In this document: one piece after another, positions 28,400-38,897 of the stretch
How positions within the stretch are numbered: position 1 is the stretch's first letter
How the letters are laid out: every line of letters starts with the position of its first letter
Source: Antedon mediterranea
Lineage: Eukaryota; Animalia; Echinodermata
Direction: 5' to 3'
NCBI RefSeq assembly: GCF_964355755.1
Contig: NC_092675.1
Location: 4,025,812 to 4,089,811, forward strand
Length of the DNA: 64,000 nucleotides
The notes under the pieces: model-generated
Seen by the model: the letters and a program-made list of their open reading frames with translations, nothing else
Told to the model about the DNA's origin: nothing
Databases searched by the model: none
Program-made: the position numbers and the translations under genes

Positions 28400-31300
28400 G
28401 GTGTACATCGTGTTCGGCCGCAAACGGTTTCGGCCGCAATGTTTTGAATGCCCATATAAGGCGCTATGTATGGAGCGCCAACTATGCATCAACTTCCGTT
28501 TGTTCTGCTGGTCTTTTCATTGGGTTATTCCATTCTAAAAATGTGGGTGCATTCTAACGTGATCGATCGAAATTGACCGACATAAAATGTACGGCGTATT
28601 ATCATATTACTTTCTGTGATATAAGTATTTAGAATGCTGTGGTGTGGATATATTTGAATCTATTTTAAATGATTTAGATATACGTTTATTATTATAATAA
28701 TAATCTTAAACGGGCAATAAACTTGTACTTGTGTCTTGTACATTTACTCTTGCAGCAGGCCTAATGTGTTCTAATAAAAACAGAAATGACCATTAAATCA
28801 GTTAATAATACATTAAGTATTTAAAACTCTGGTTATATAGGCCTATTGTATGTCTAATAATTATTGTATACTATCAACAATACTTAAATAAGCCTATGCC
28901 TTCGTAAGAAAATAGGAGGAACAAAATAACATTACAGTATTTCGAAATTCCTTTTTTATAGCGATTTTTGGAAAAATTAATATTTAGTAAGGCTTGAATT
29001 ATTTCAGGATTATACAGTTCCACAGTAAAACCTACCAACATTGGATTGCGAAAACTCTGAAAAGGCTACTACTGCTATTGTTTTAAAACAATGAGGGAGT
29101 GTCTTGAATTCCATCTTAGACAATGAAGGTGGTGTAGCATGGTTGTTTTTTATTAACATAACAATGAAATGTGTTACGTTTCTCGTGTCTTCAATTTGTT
29201 GAAGTGTTATTAACAGCAAAGTTAAATATAAAAATAATGGTGAATTATTTTATGTTTTTAATAATTAGAGGGAAGCTAGCTTGCTTGTTGTATGTGATTA
29301 ATGGAGATGTTAATATTAATGTTACATTTTATTATGTTATGTATCCAATATTTACTATTTTTATAAATTGTCACGATTGTTGTAATTCAGTTTGTTAACT
29401 GCAAGAACAATTTAAATAAATAAACCTTGCTTATTATTGTTGTTGCGTCCGTTTTCACTTACATTTCTTTTCTTACGTTATGTTAATATTATAATATGTT
29501 CATTATTGGTTTATATTTATTTTACTCTGTACAGTATTTGTAAAAATAAATGTTATTAAGTTGTGGTATACATTACTGATTCTGATTTTCAAATGTACAA
29601 ATTATATGTGGCAAACTTCACCGACATTGATATACAGTAACAACAACGATACATGAAGAAAAACATAATTAAAAGTTAATATTTATTTGTAAAGTATAAA
29701 TACACACACTCTTCTTCATTATAACTTATAGAAGTGCATATCCTTAAATTAATCTAATGACAGTACTGTATATAACTTGCATTCCTTTCAGTCTTAAATA
29801 TAATCGTTGGGGCACATTTTCCGACCGGTACAAAAATGAAAACATTTCATTTTCTTATGTCATTATTTATAATTCAATCTTTATATAAGAAAAAAGAAAG
29901 CATGATTTTATGTTCAATATCACAAAATACACATTAAATCTCATTTAATTTGATTTATAAATAACATTTTGTTGTAAGTGATCTAAGTATAACATCGAAA
30001 CTTTGCTGTATAATGTCTAATTTCATAACGTGATTCACTAGTTATTACAAAAATTAGTAAAAAGACTTAAAAAAAACAGTTGTTTGTTTGATTTCATCGT
30101 AGTGTTACATGAAAAAGGAAATTTTGTAAATATATAATTTTGTGTGTTTTCGCTTGCATCGTTATTCATTTTGGTTTGATTTATTACAGTTAGGCCTCTA
30201 AAGTTAAAGTTTAAAAGTATAGTCACCTACAAAAAGCGCATGATGACACAAGCGCAGTCGGTTACTTGCAAGAAGTTTGGCTAAACAATGACCATTATTT
30301 ATTAATAACGCTTTTAAGTTAGGCGTTTACCGTCACACAATACACACACACAAAATTCGGTACATTTAAGGATTCTTTTTTTGTAATCTGTAAAACAATA
30401 ACCAGAGTGCGCGCATCTTTATAAGAGAACCTCATTTTAGGGAATATTACTTATTTCTGAATTGCCATCTGAATTGTTAACTACACTTTTACTGATTATC
30501 TACGAACCATGAACGATTGTATTGAATGTCGCGAACCCGTAAACGGAACAGCAAGAAGGACCGTTTTGCGAAGAGTGTCAGAGATGGCAACATCGTCGGT
30601 GTGACTCAGGAGTGAAAAGAGGAGCAGCGTACAGGTTAGCCGTCGAAGAGGGTTTTATTGATTGGACATGTAGAGAATGTGCTCCAGAAAACAACGTCCA
30701 ACCGGTGCCGCAACTGCAGATTTTTGCAGCCGACCTTGGCGACTTTTTGGAACCAATCGTTCATAGAAGAAGAGGTACTGAATCTTTACCCTGAACCACA
30801 ACCAATACCAGTGATGCCTGCTGTTTGATGATGACATCGTTACTTATCGGCGATTAGCAGGAACAACAAAACGTGGGAATGTAAGTTCTTAAAATATTTA
30901 TAATCTATTCTTTGTAATTTTTTTTTTATTATCGCATTTCTTGTGAAAACCAACTTAACCTTCTGTTGTTTCAGGACTCGCTTGTAGACAGTCATGGGTA
31001 CCAATATACAGAGAAGATTGATAAAAGACGGGCAAATACAACATGGAGATGTTTTCTCAGACGTGCAAAGCAACAGTGTTGGAGAAGAATGGAGTTGAAA
31101 CATTGTGGGACGAGTACCGCGAGGGCCAACGTAGTGTACGTTCTCAAAAGCTTGCCGCGAGTAAACTTATTACTCGCGATGTATGTTAGTTAAATTAGTT
31201 AAAAAATTAGTAACAAATTTTATGTTAGTAATAAACATTAAATATAATTTTAAACTATTTGCAAAATACGTTAGTTAAGAACTTTTGTAATATAACATGT

Positions 31301-31874
31301 TATTGCTAGTAATAATGTCAATTCTAATGCATGCTAGTGGTTAATGAAAAAACAATTATAAATATAAATGTTATATGAATGGTGTCCGGCGGGGGATAGT
31401 TTATTACCATTAGTTAAGGTCCTATGTAAAGCACCTAGAGGGGTCAGTGATCCATTAGGCGCTATATAAATACTGTTGATTATTATTTTTATTATTATTA
31501 TATTATATGTTTATTTATAAAATATGGTAGTTAAGTTAATTCGTTCGTAAATTCTCAAACTTATAACATGTCTAAATAAAAATACAGGAATTGATAATAA
31601 ATGTGTTAAGATTGTATATAATAAAATAATTATCATTTTTCTCTATCTGTGATGAATCTAACTGTATCTGAAAAGAAATCATAATATTATATACAATTAA
31701 ATACAAATGTAGAGAAAAATCGGTAAAGCAATGCACCCCTATTTTTTTAATGGAATAAGCCACGGAGATCGCCAATCTAAACAATGCATTTAATATAAAC
31801 AATGCAAGCAAGCCTGGCGTTCCATACTAAATACATGCGGCCGAACTCGTTGGCGGCCGAACACGACGGTATTC
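28400..31874 (+). mobile_element. Non-autonomous Mutator-like (MULE) DNA transposon with PHD and FLYWCH remnants
   Basis: Imperfect ~40-bp TIRs (TCGTGTTCGGCCGC..TTCGGCCGCA / TGCGGCCGAA..GCGGCCGAACACGA) flanked by an exact 9-bp duplication CCCAAAAAC (28391-28399, 31875-31883), with internal coding remnants. Confidence 0.85.
30509..31090 (+). pseudogene. Degraded MULE transposase N-terminus (PHD finger + FLYWCH zinc finger)
   Basis: MNDCIECREPV, frameshift, then FCEECQRWQHRRC..WTCREC (C4HC3). After intron 30881-30974: GTTKRGN|DSLVDSHGYQY..TTWRCFLRRAKQQC (FLYWCH-like). Frameshifts and stops present; no DDE domain visible. Confidence 0.75.
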
Positions 31875-32520
31875 CCCAAAAACCCACCCAATACGACAGT
31901 CGGAGCCTAGCCTCTGGACTAACCATAAGCAACCTCAAAACACATTATCTATATATATATATATATATATAAATGTATCTTTTGAATGAATATAATATCT
32001 AGACTGCATATTTACCATTTAAACAGGGGACGAAGAATAATATAATATAATGAAAAATACAATTTAAAGACCCCTTCCCTGCAATTTTGGACGTTTTTTG
32101 GAAAATAATACATATATATCACTTTAAAAACATTAAAACATGTCATTCCTTGTCTTAAATGTACGTTTTATGGAAAATTATGATAAAAAGTGAGAAACAA
32201 TGCACTACCTAAGTAGCTCGCGGCGATCGACCTCTCGTGGACGTTCTTAGGCCTAGCCTAGCTAGGCTTAGTTTTGTAGGCCTAGCTGGTAAGCATCGGT
32301 AACGTAGGAACATCGTACGCTAGCTATATACCTAGCCTGATGTTGTATAGTTGCTGCATTAATTGTCTTTCTATTTTTGCCAGAATCCGTTGATACAAAT
32401 TGGGGAAAACCCGGTATTTTCGCTGAAAAGTTAGGAGTCTTCCATTTGTTTTGGCCTCACGATCGATCGAAAAGTGGGCGAATTACAGGTGAAAAACAAA
32501 AATATCAATCCGCGCGCAAT

Positions 32521-32539
32521 GCATTTTGGGATTTATAGC
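32521..32539. promoter_or_regulatory. ZNF143/Staf (SBS)-like motif in CpG-rich GAR1 promoter region
   Basis: GCATTTTGGGATTTATAGC resembles the GCATTCTGGGANTTGTAGT consensus and lies in a CpG-rich patch just upstream of a probable non-coding GAR1 exon 1 (donor near 32625). Confidence 0.45.
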
Positions 32540-33182
32540 GGGCCGCTATAATTATTAGAATCGACTTATTTTTCACATTTTTAACCGTTTAAAGACGAAA
32601 AAAGTTATCGCAATAGGACCATATGGTATTATTTTTACATTAAATATAGTTTGTGATCTTAAAATTAGATCTAAAAAACGTAGGGAATGGGGCTTTAAAT
32701 TTTTTTAAATGTTCATGATAAACAGTAGGTTGATGAACTTGCTAGTATACAGCATAAATAATACTTTTGTTTACACTCTCTCTGTGACTTGCTAAAATTT
32801 GTTCCTGATGCTAAAAAATTAGGTTATAGGCCTATGCTATAGCAAGTGCTCTGGATCTACAAACTACAAAATGACAGTACATCATAAGCAGTACAGTAAA
32901 TTGCAATGATGCCAATGTCTGTAGTGTAATCAATCAATTCCACTCAACAAAAACGGCATTCATGAAAACCAAACTACATGTAAAGCATGTACAGCGTTAA
33001 TTACTATGGATTGCTACAAAAAGAAACAGTCATTAGCCAATTTATACTGTAGTTTAATTTTGCAGCCACCGGAAGCTTTGATGCGATACCATATTATTAC
33101 TCTAGCCACATCGTTAAAAAAGATTTAAAGGTTAAAGCATCATCATCATTAAAAGCTTTTTCTTCTATTATAGATCTATTCG

Positions 33183-36100
33183 ATGTCTTATCGTGGTGGT
33201 GGTGGTGGACGAGGGTTTGGCGGTGGCCGGGGTGGAGGTAGAGGTGGTGGCTTTAGAGGAGGAAGAGGAGGAGGCCGTGGAGGTGGTCGTGGGGGTTATA
33301 ATAATTACAACCAAGGCCCTCCTGATTATGTTGTTGGTAAAGTATTTCAACTTTAAGTAATTAACTAATATGAGGTTGATTCTTCTTTTATATCTTGTGT
33401 AAAATTAGTTCTCTACATTCTGTATAATTACATGCTTGTGATTTACTATACTTACTTTTTACTATTTTGTTGTCGGTTAATTACCATCAATATATGATGT
33501 ATTAATGAATAAATTGGAATCAAAGTCATCTCCCTAAATTGTACATTGTACAAGGATACAATACATTAAAACTGTACAGAGGTGTAACCCTCAAAATAAC
33601 CTCTGTACATTTTCCTTTACTCATTAAATAATCTCTTCCACAGTTGAGTATACAATAACATTACTCTATAAATTTAGTATACTCTTATTATTTTTTATTT
33701 ATTTCAAACCCCAAACCATCAGAAAAAAGAAAAAAAATACAAACATGAAAAAAACTTACGCGGCGGCCTATTTTACTGTACAAACAATGTAGAGCCTTGA
33801 AATACCGTATAGTAAATCTATATGTGTATTTTACATTCTTAAACTGTTATTCCCACATGTACATAATACATAAAATATAGTATTCACGATTATAATTCTT
33901 TTAATTGTAGAAATTGGAAATTTTGCTCATCCATGCCAAGATGAATTGGTCTGCAAAGGAACTAATGAGAAAATTCCGTACTTTAACGCACCAATATATT
34001 TAGAAAACAAGTCACAGATTGGCAAAGTCGACGAGATATTTGGCCACCTGATGGACTATGTATCCTTTTATGCATTAAAAGAGTAAATTAAATTATGAAT
34101 CATTTACAAAACTATTTTGTTTTCTGTCATTTTTTGATCACTTTACATTTTAAAGATTTTTAATGTTACTGTTTATACTTTTACAGTTTTTGTCATTTTT
34201 TCTTCCGTTTACTATCTTTTTAATCGGATTTGCTGACAATCGACAGTTCTTTGTTTTTTACGAAGACAAATAAAGTGTCTTGTATCTTGAATGATAGTTG
34301 CCTATCAACAAAGCTGTTGTATACTGATGCAGGCAACTAACAATACATACACAATGTACTGCATGGTCACTAACTCCCTCATTTCCAAATGCTCTTGGTT
34401 TAGGTATATGAATTCCTAATGAAAGTGTCGAATCAAGTATAGCATTAATTACCAATCATATCACAGTTATTAGTTTGTTCTTTAACTGTAGTGAAGTATT
34501 TTTCTGTGAAACTGTCTGGAGATATGAAGGCAAACTCATTTAACAAAGGTGAAAAGGTTAGAAAATATTTTATTTTTAGAAACTTTTATTTTATATTAAG
34601 CTCTGCCTACACTATCAAATTAGTTTGACAAAAAAGTGTGATATGCCCAAATATGGTACAGTACTAATCTGAAATCATGTCCAATATATGGGCACATCAC
34701 ATTTTTTTGTCTCATAAAATTGATAGTGTAGACAGAGCTTTAAATGTACATTTCTGCAACATTAAAAACAAGGTTCCAACTTATGTGCATATCACCCTCC
34801 TACATTTTTTATTTTATTTTATTCAATCGAAACCAACAGCGATAATTACCGCCACTAACAGGTTTGATACAAACAAAGCCAGGACTGTTTAAAGCACCTT
34901 GATTGGTCCTGATATTGATCAAGGGCTTCTCTCGTCCAGTGCCCACCTTGACCAGAGGTCTGAGGCAGATACTAGATGCAGGGGCTGCCATAAGAGTCAG
35001 CAGTGCTGATTTCAAATGCCTAATGGGACCCCAGCTCCGTATACAGCACCCGCTATTCCCAGATGGTCTCCCATCCAAGCTCTAACCAGGCCCAATGTTG
35101 CTTAACTTCGGTGATCTGACGAGAACCGGTGTTTCAACGTGGTAAAGCCGTATTATTGTACCATTGTATTGTTTAGTTTAGTTTCATTCAACTGTACATG
35201 TAATTCTATTTGTAACTTGCTGATAAAGACAATGAGTAGACTCTACATACTGTAAACCAAATATAAACTTTACATTGAAATAAAACAAGAAGCAGGAAGT
35301 AACATAGTTTAATTATAACTTTATTCTGCTCTTATTCTCAGTTCTTCATTGATCCAATGAAGTTATTACCACTGCAGCGGTTTCTACCTGGGCCAAAGGG
35401 AGCAGGAGGCAGAGGCCGTGGAGGTAGAGGTGGAAGAGGAGGAGGCCGTGGGGGTAGAGGTGGAGGAGGTCGTGGTGGTTTCCGTGGAGGCGGAAGGGGA
35501 GGAGGATTCCGAGGAGGAAGAGGTGGTGGTGGAGGTTTCCGTGGTGGTAGAGGTGGTGGAGGTGGTGGATTCAGAGGGGGCAGAGGTGGAGGTAAATACC
35601 GAAATTAAAAAGAAATTGTGATTCACTAATTATATTGCTTATTTCAACACTATCTTACACAACAACAAAATTAAATCAAAATTGAATGCTGTTTTCTGTC
35701 ACATTTATTTGCTGTCTTGATATAATGCAGTTCTTACTGTTGAGGTATCAGTGTTCACTATTTGCTGTTGTTAGAATGTTGTACACATAATATTATACCA
35801 GTCAGAACCATAATTGCTATTTTTGCTTTTAGTACTCTGTAGTCTATACAGATACAACATTTCTTTCAAAGGCGTGTTTATCAAGTTGGTAGTTTGAAAC
35901 TGTTTACACATTAAGTAATAATATTAACTATTACAGCAATTTGACATTAATTCCTGATTGGCCTAGTTACCATAGACGCTACTGAAAGCAAATAAACAAA
36001 TTGTACTGTAGATAAGAGTCTTGTCTAATCATTGATAAGATAGCTACAAAGTTGCCATAGACACTATTGAAAGCAAAAAAACAAATTGTACTCTAAAGCC

Positions 36101-36350
36101 TTATCTAAAATCATGTTTGGTAAGTATGTAGATATAAATTATGCGGGTTACAAATGCTAGGCAGAAACTAAGCTGGACGTTTTTCATTTATACAGAGTAA
36201 ACAAACATGTCCCCTCAAACACAACTACATCTTTCTAGAATTAAGGAATACAAATGTAAAGTTAATGATGTATTTGAATGAATTATCTTACATACTCTAT
36301 AATAGCTATATCTTCATTCTAATATTTTAGGTGTATTTAAAAAGTACTGA
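33183..36350 (+). CDS. GAR1: H/ACA ribonucleoprotein complex subunit 1 (GAR1)
   Basis: Exons 33183-33336, 33911-34059, 34497-34556, 35342-35591 and probable last exon 36331-36350 (alternatively reads to the stop at 35608). RGG-rich termini flank the core [65 protein letters not shown]. Confidence 0.96.
34060..34496 (+). other. U12-type (minor spliceosome) GT-AG intron in GAR1
   Basis: 5' splice site GTATCCTTTT, branch site TTCTTTAAC at 34478-34486 about 10 nt before the AG, no polypyrimidine tract; removal restores DY|YFSVKLS in frame. Confidence 0.92.
34599..34739. mobile_element. MITE family A copy
   Basis: Same TIRs, TTA target duplication on both sides. Confidence 0.85.
34805..35152 (-). 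mobile_element. 5S rRNA-derived SINE (SINE3) in GAR1 intron
   Basis: Reverse complement of 35043-35152 is a diverged 5S sequence (TACGGCTTTACCACGTTGAAACACCGGTTCTCGTCAGATCACCGAAGTTAAGC..TTGGATGGGAGACC..GGGAATAGCGGGTGCTGTA), followed by a ~220-bp unrelated body and an (AAAAT)n tail; the body recurs at 49503-49665. Confidence 0.88.
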
Positions 36351-36764
36351 TCAAGAAACATTGAGACCAAAAAGTGAGCAGCGTTTAATGAAAACTTGTG
36401 AGAACTTTACAGACATCTTGAAAAGACTCGCTTACAGAACATGCTTTCGGGCTAAAAGGATACTGCATTTTTAATGTGCATAGTATGGCGCTTTATTTTG
36501 TAACAAAAGACTATGCAATCATCTGTCTGATAGCTGGATATGATATTCTTGGGCTGACTCAAAATGTATAGTTCGATTGGAAAACTCATTTGAGATTTGA
36601 GTGTCTGCATTCCAGAGAGTCGACAAGTACGTGCTTAACAATGTGAAAAGAAAGCACATCAAGTAATCCAGTCAAATTTAATGTGCACTAATCATAACAC
36701 GTTCAAATGTACATAAGATGCACGATAATAAACATCATTGCATCTAATGGCATGTTGAGTATAA

Positions 36765-36895
36765 CAAGAAGTAGAGATGGGTAAGATGCTTGCCTACCAA
36801 TATAAGGATCTCTGGTTCAAATCCTGATGCCAGAATGTCTTAATGTCAAAACACATTTTTCTCACTTTGTTTATGTAGAGTATTTTTATCTTGTA
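36765..36895 (+). mobile_element. Short tRNA-derived SINE, same family as 4905-5060
   Basis: GATGCTTGCCTACCAAT..GGTTCAAATCCTG..CTTTGTTTATGTAGAG..ATCTTGTAT shared with that copy. Confidence 0.6.
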
Positions 36896-37758
36896 TTGAC
36901 AAAGTGATTAAGTTTACTTTTTATGCCTTATTTTTATAAATTGATAAGAATATTGTAGAATAGTATCAATAATATAATAATATAATTTCTTAATACAGTG
37001 GAAGAGAGGATATGGTGCTTCTGTTTTGTCCTCAACATTTTAGCATGACCTCTTTACTGTTGACAATAACACCATCGTCTATTAGTTTCTATAGTACAGT
37101 AGGTCCTGGATTATTAAGGAAAAAGACCATTCCAAAATTAAATCCTTTCACATGACTCAATGTTTGTAAAAAATATAAAAATATTTTGGCACACTTGGCG
37201 TTTCATATGTATATACTTGAGCTGGGAAAATCGAAATGCTGACTGGAAAAAGACCAATAACTATATATTTGGGGCAAGTGTACCTTTCACATAGCATTTG
37301 AGTATCTCTTGGATGGGTACAGTACTAGTGTACACCAGCTGCACTTTGAAACTTTTTATCTAATTTGTTAAAGCATTTCAAGATAACAATATAGATTATA
37401 AATCGATAATGCATACGTTGCTATTTAACCATGTCGATGAATTTATTTGATCAGGAAGTAAGATTTTGTTCAAACATCTTCAATAACTTATCGAATAGGT
37501 GATAATCTCCCTACTGATAAGAGAAAAGGGGCATGGTATACTTTTGATGTCCTTACAATTAAATAAGCTCACTCTTCCTTAAAAACAAATTTTATAATTT
37601 TAAGAAATATTGTGTTTATTATAATTCAGATTTTGAAATGTAAATAAAATAAAGGTGGATTGGTACATTTTGTGTGATTCCGTATGAGAGTGTTGAGATT
37701 TGCTAAAGGTTGATTCCTACTAGCATAGGTTTCGATGACATTTCTCCATCGTATCTAA

Positions 37759-37881
37759 AGCCTTGTCTACACTATCAAACTTTAAATTTGATGTGCCCAT
37801 ATATGGACATGATGGTGTCATATCACTACCATATTTGGGCACATCACACTTTTTTTGGCAAACTATAGTGTAGACAGAGCT
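37759..37881. mobile_element. MITE family A copy
   Basis: Same TIRs, TAA/TTA flanks. Confidence 0.8.
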
Positions 37882-38617
37882 TTAGGAATCACAATATTAC
37901 TTTACGAATCATAACGCTTTTTTTATCAAAATAGTTTTATAGTGTAGACAAAGATAGTAACATCAAAAATGTTAGGTGTTGCTAGGATACGCAGCATGGC
38001 CTATACTACAGTATTGTCATAATTGAAAAGCAAACTTTTAGATATGATAAATAAGTTTACGTTTTCTCGCCGTCATTTACAAGATAAGATATTTAAAATA
38101 AACATCTAATCATTATTAGGGCACAAAACTATGACGCTTCTGGTTCAAGGTTCGCTGAAAATAAGTTAAAATATATTTAAGTGGGCTAAATGCACTCATT
38201 TGAAAAGAAAGATTGGTGTGCGAGGTTGCGTTCATAATACTTGTCGATTTGATTCAAATATTTTTTTCAGCCTTCAGATAACAGGTTAGTTTATCAGATG
38301 CACTAATTGTGCTAAACAAAATTGTCTCTCTAAAAAATAATTGTTGTTTAATATGCCATTTTAATGTCATATAATAGTTGTTCACTATAATTTGACCGAT
38401 TATATACCATGACAAAAAACTGCAATTTAAAGCAAATAAATGTTCAAATTGGCTACCCTCAAATGAATTTTTGGTTGAATTTAACCATTGATTTGTCTTT
38501 TCATAAGAGAAACATTTGTTTTGGGGTTTTTTTCTGCAAAGGTGATTACCTTGATTAAAACTACAAAATTGCCTATTTAAAGTCTGGATTTTCTAATAAT
38601 GATATTGTGATTCCTAA

Positions 38618-38736
38618 AGCTCTGTCTACACTATCAAACTAGTTGATCAAATATGGTAGTGATAAGACATCATCATGTCCATATATGGGCACATCACATT
38701 TTTTGTCACCTAAAGTTTGATAGTGTAGACAGAGCT
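38618..38736. mobile_element. MITE family A copy
   Basis: Perfect 23-bp TIR with TAA duplication, inserted in a ~21-bp GATATTGTGATTCCTAA repeat tract. Confidence 0.88.
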
Positions 38737-38897
38737 TAAGAGTAATATCGTGATCCCTAATAATGATCCTAAAGAGTGATATTGTGATTCGTAAATTGAT
38801 ATTGTGATTCCTAAGAGTAATATCGTGATTCCTAATAATGATACAGGTATTGTGATTTCTAAAGAGTGATTTCGTGATTTTTTTAAATAGGACAATC

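Noticed and set aside
34290-34345. SECIS element (ATGA preceding a stem)
   Set aside because: Intronic, no GA on the 3' side for the quartet, and no in-frame TGA in nearby genes.
35043-35152. Functional 5S rRNA gene
   Set aside because: Multiple substitutions, terminal stem lost, no T-run terminator, fused to a dispersed repeat body.
35384-35626. Ser/Thr-rich and Glu/Val-rich ORFs (also 33168-33350, 19249-19569, 50756-51107, 61784-62017)
   Set aside because: Antisense or alternative-frame shadows of low-complexity exons of GAR1, CAAP1 and the P4HTM-like genes.
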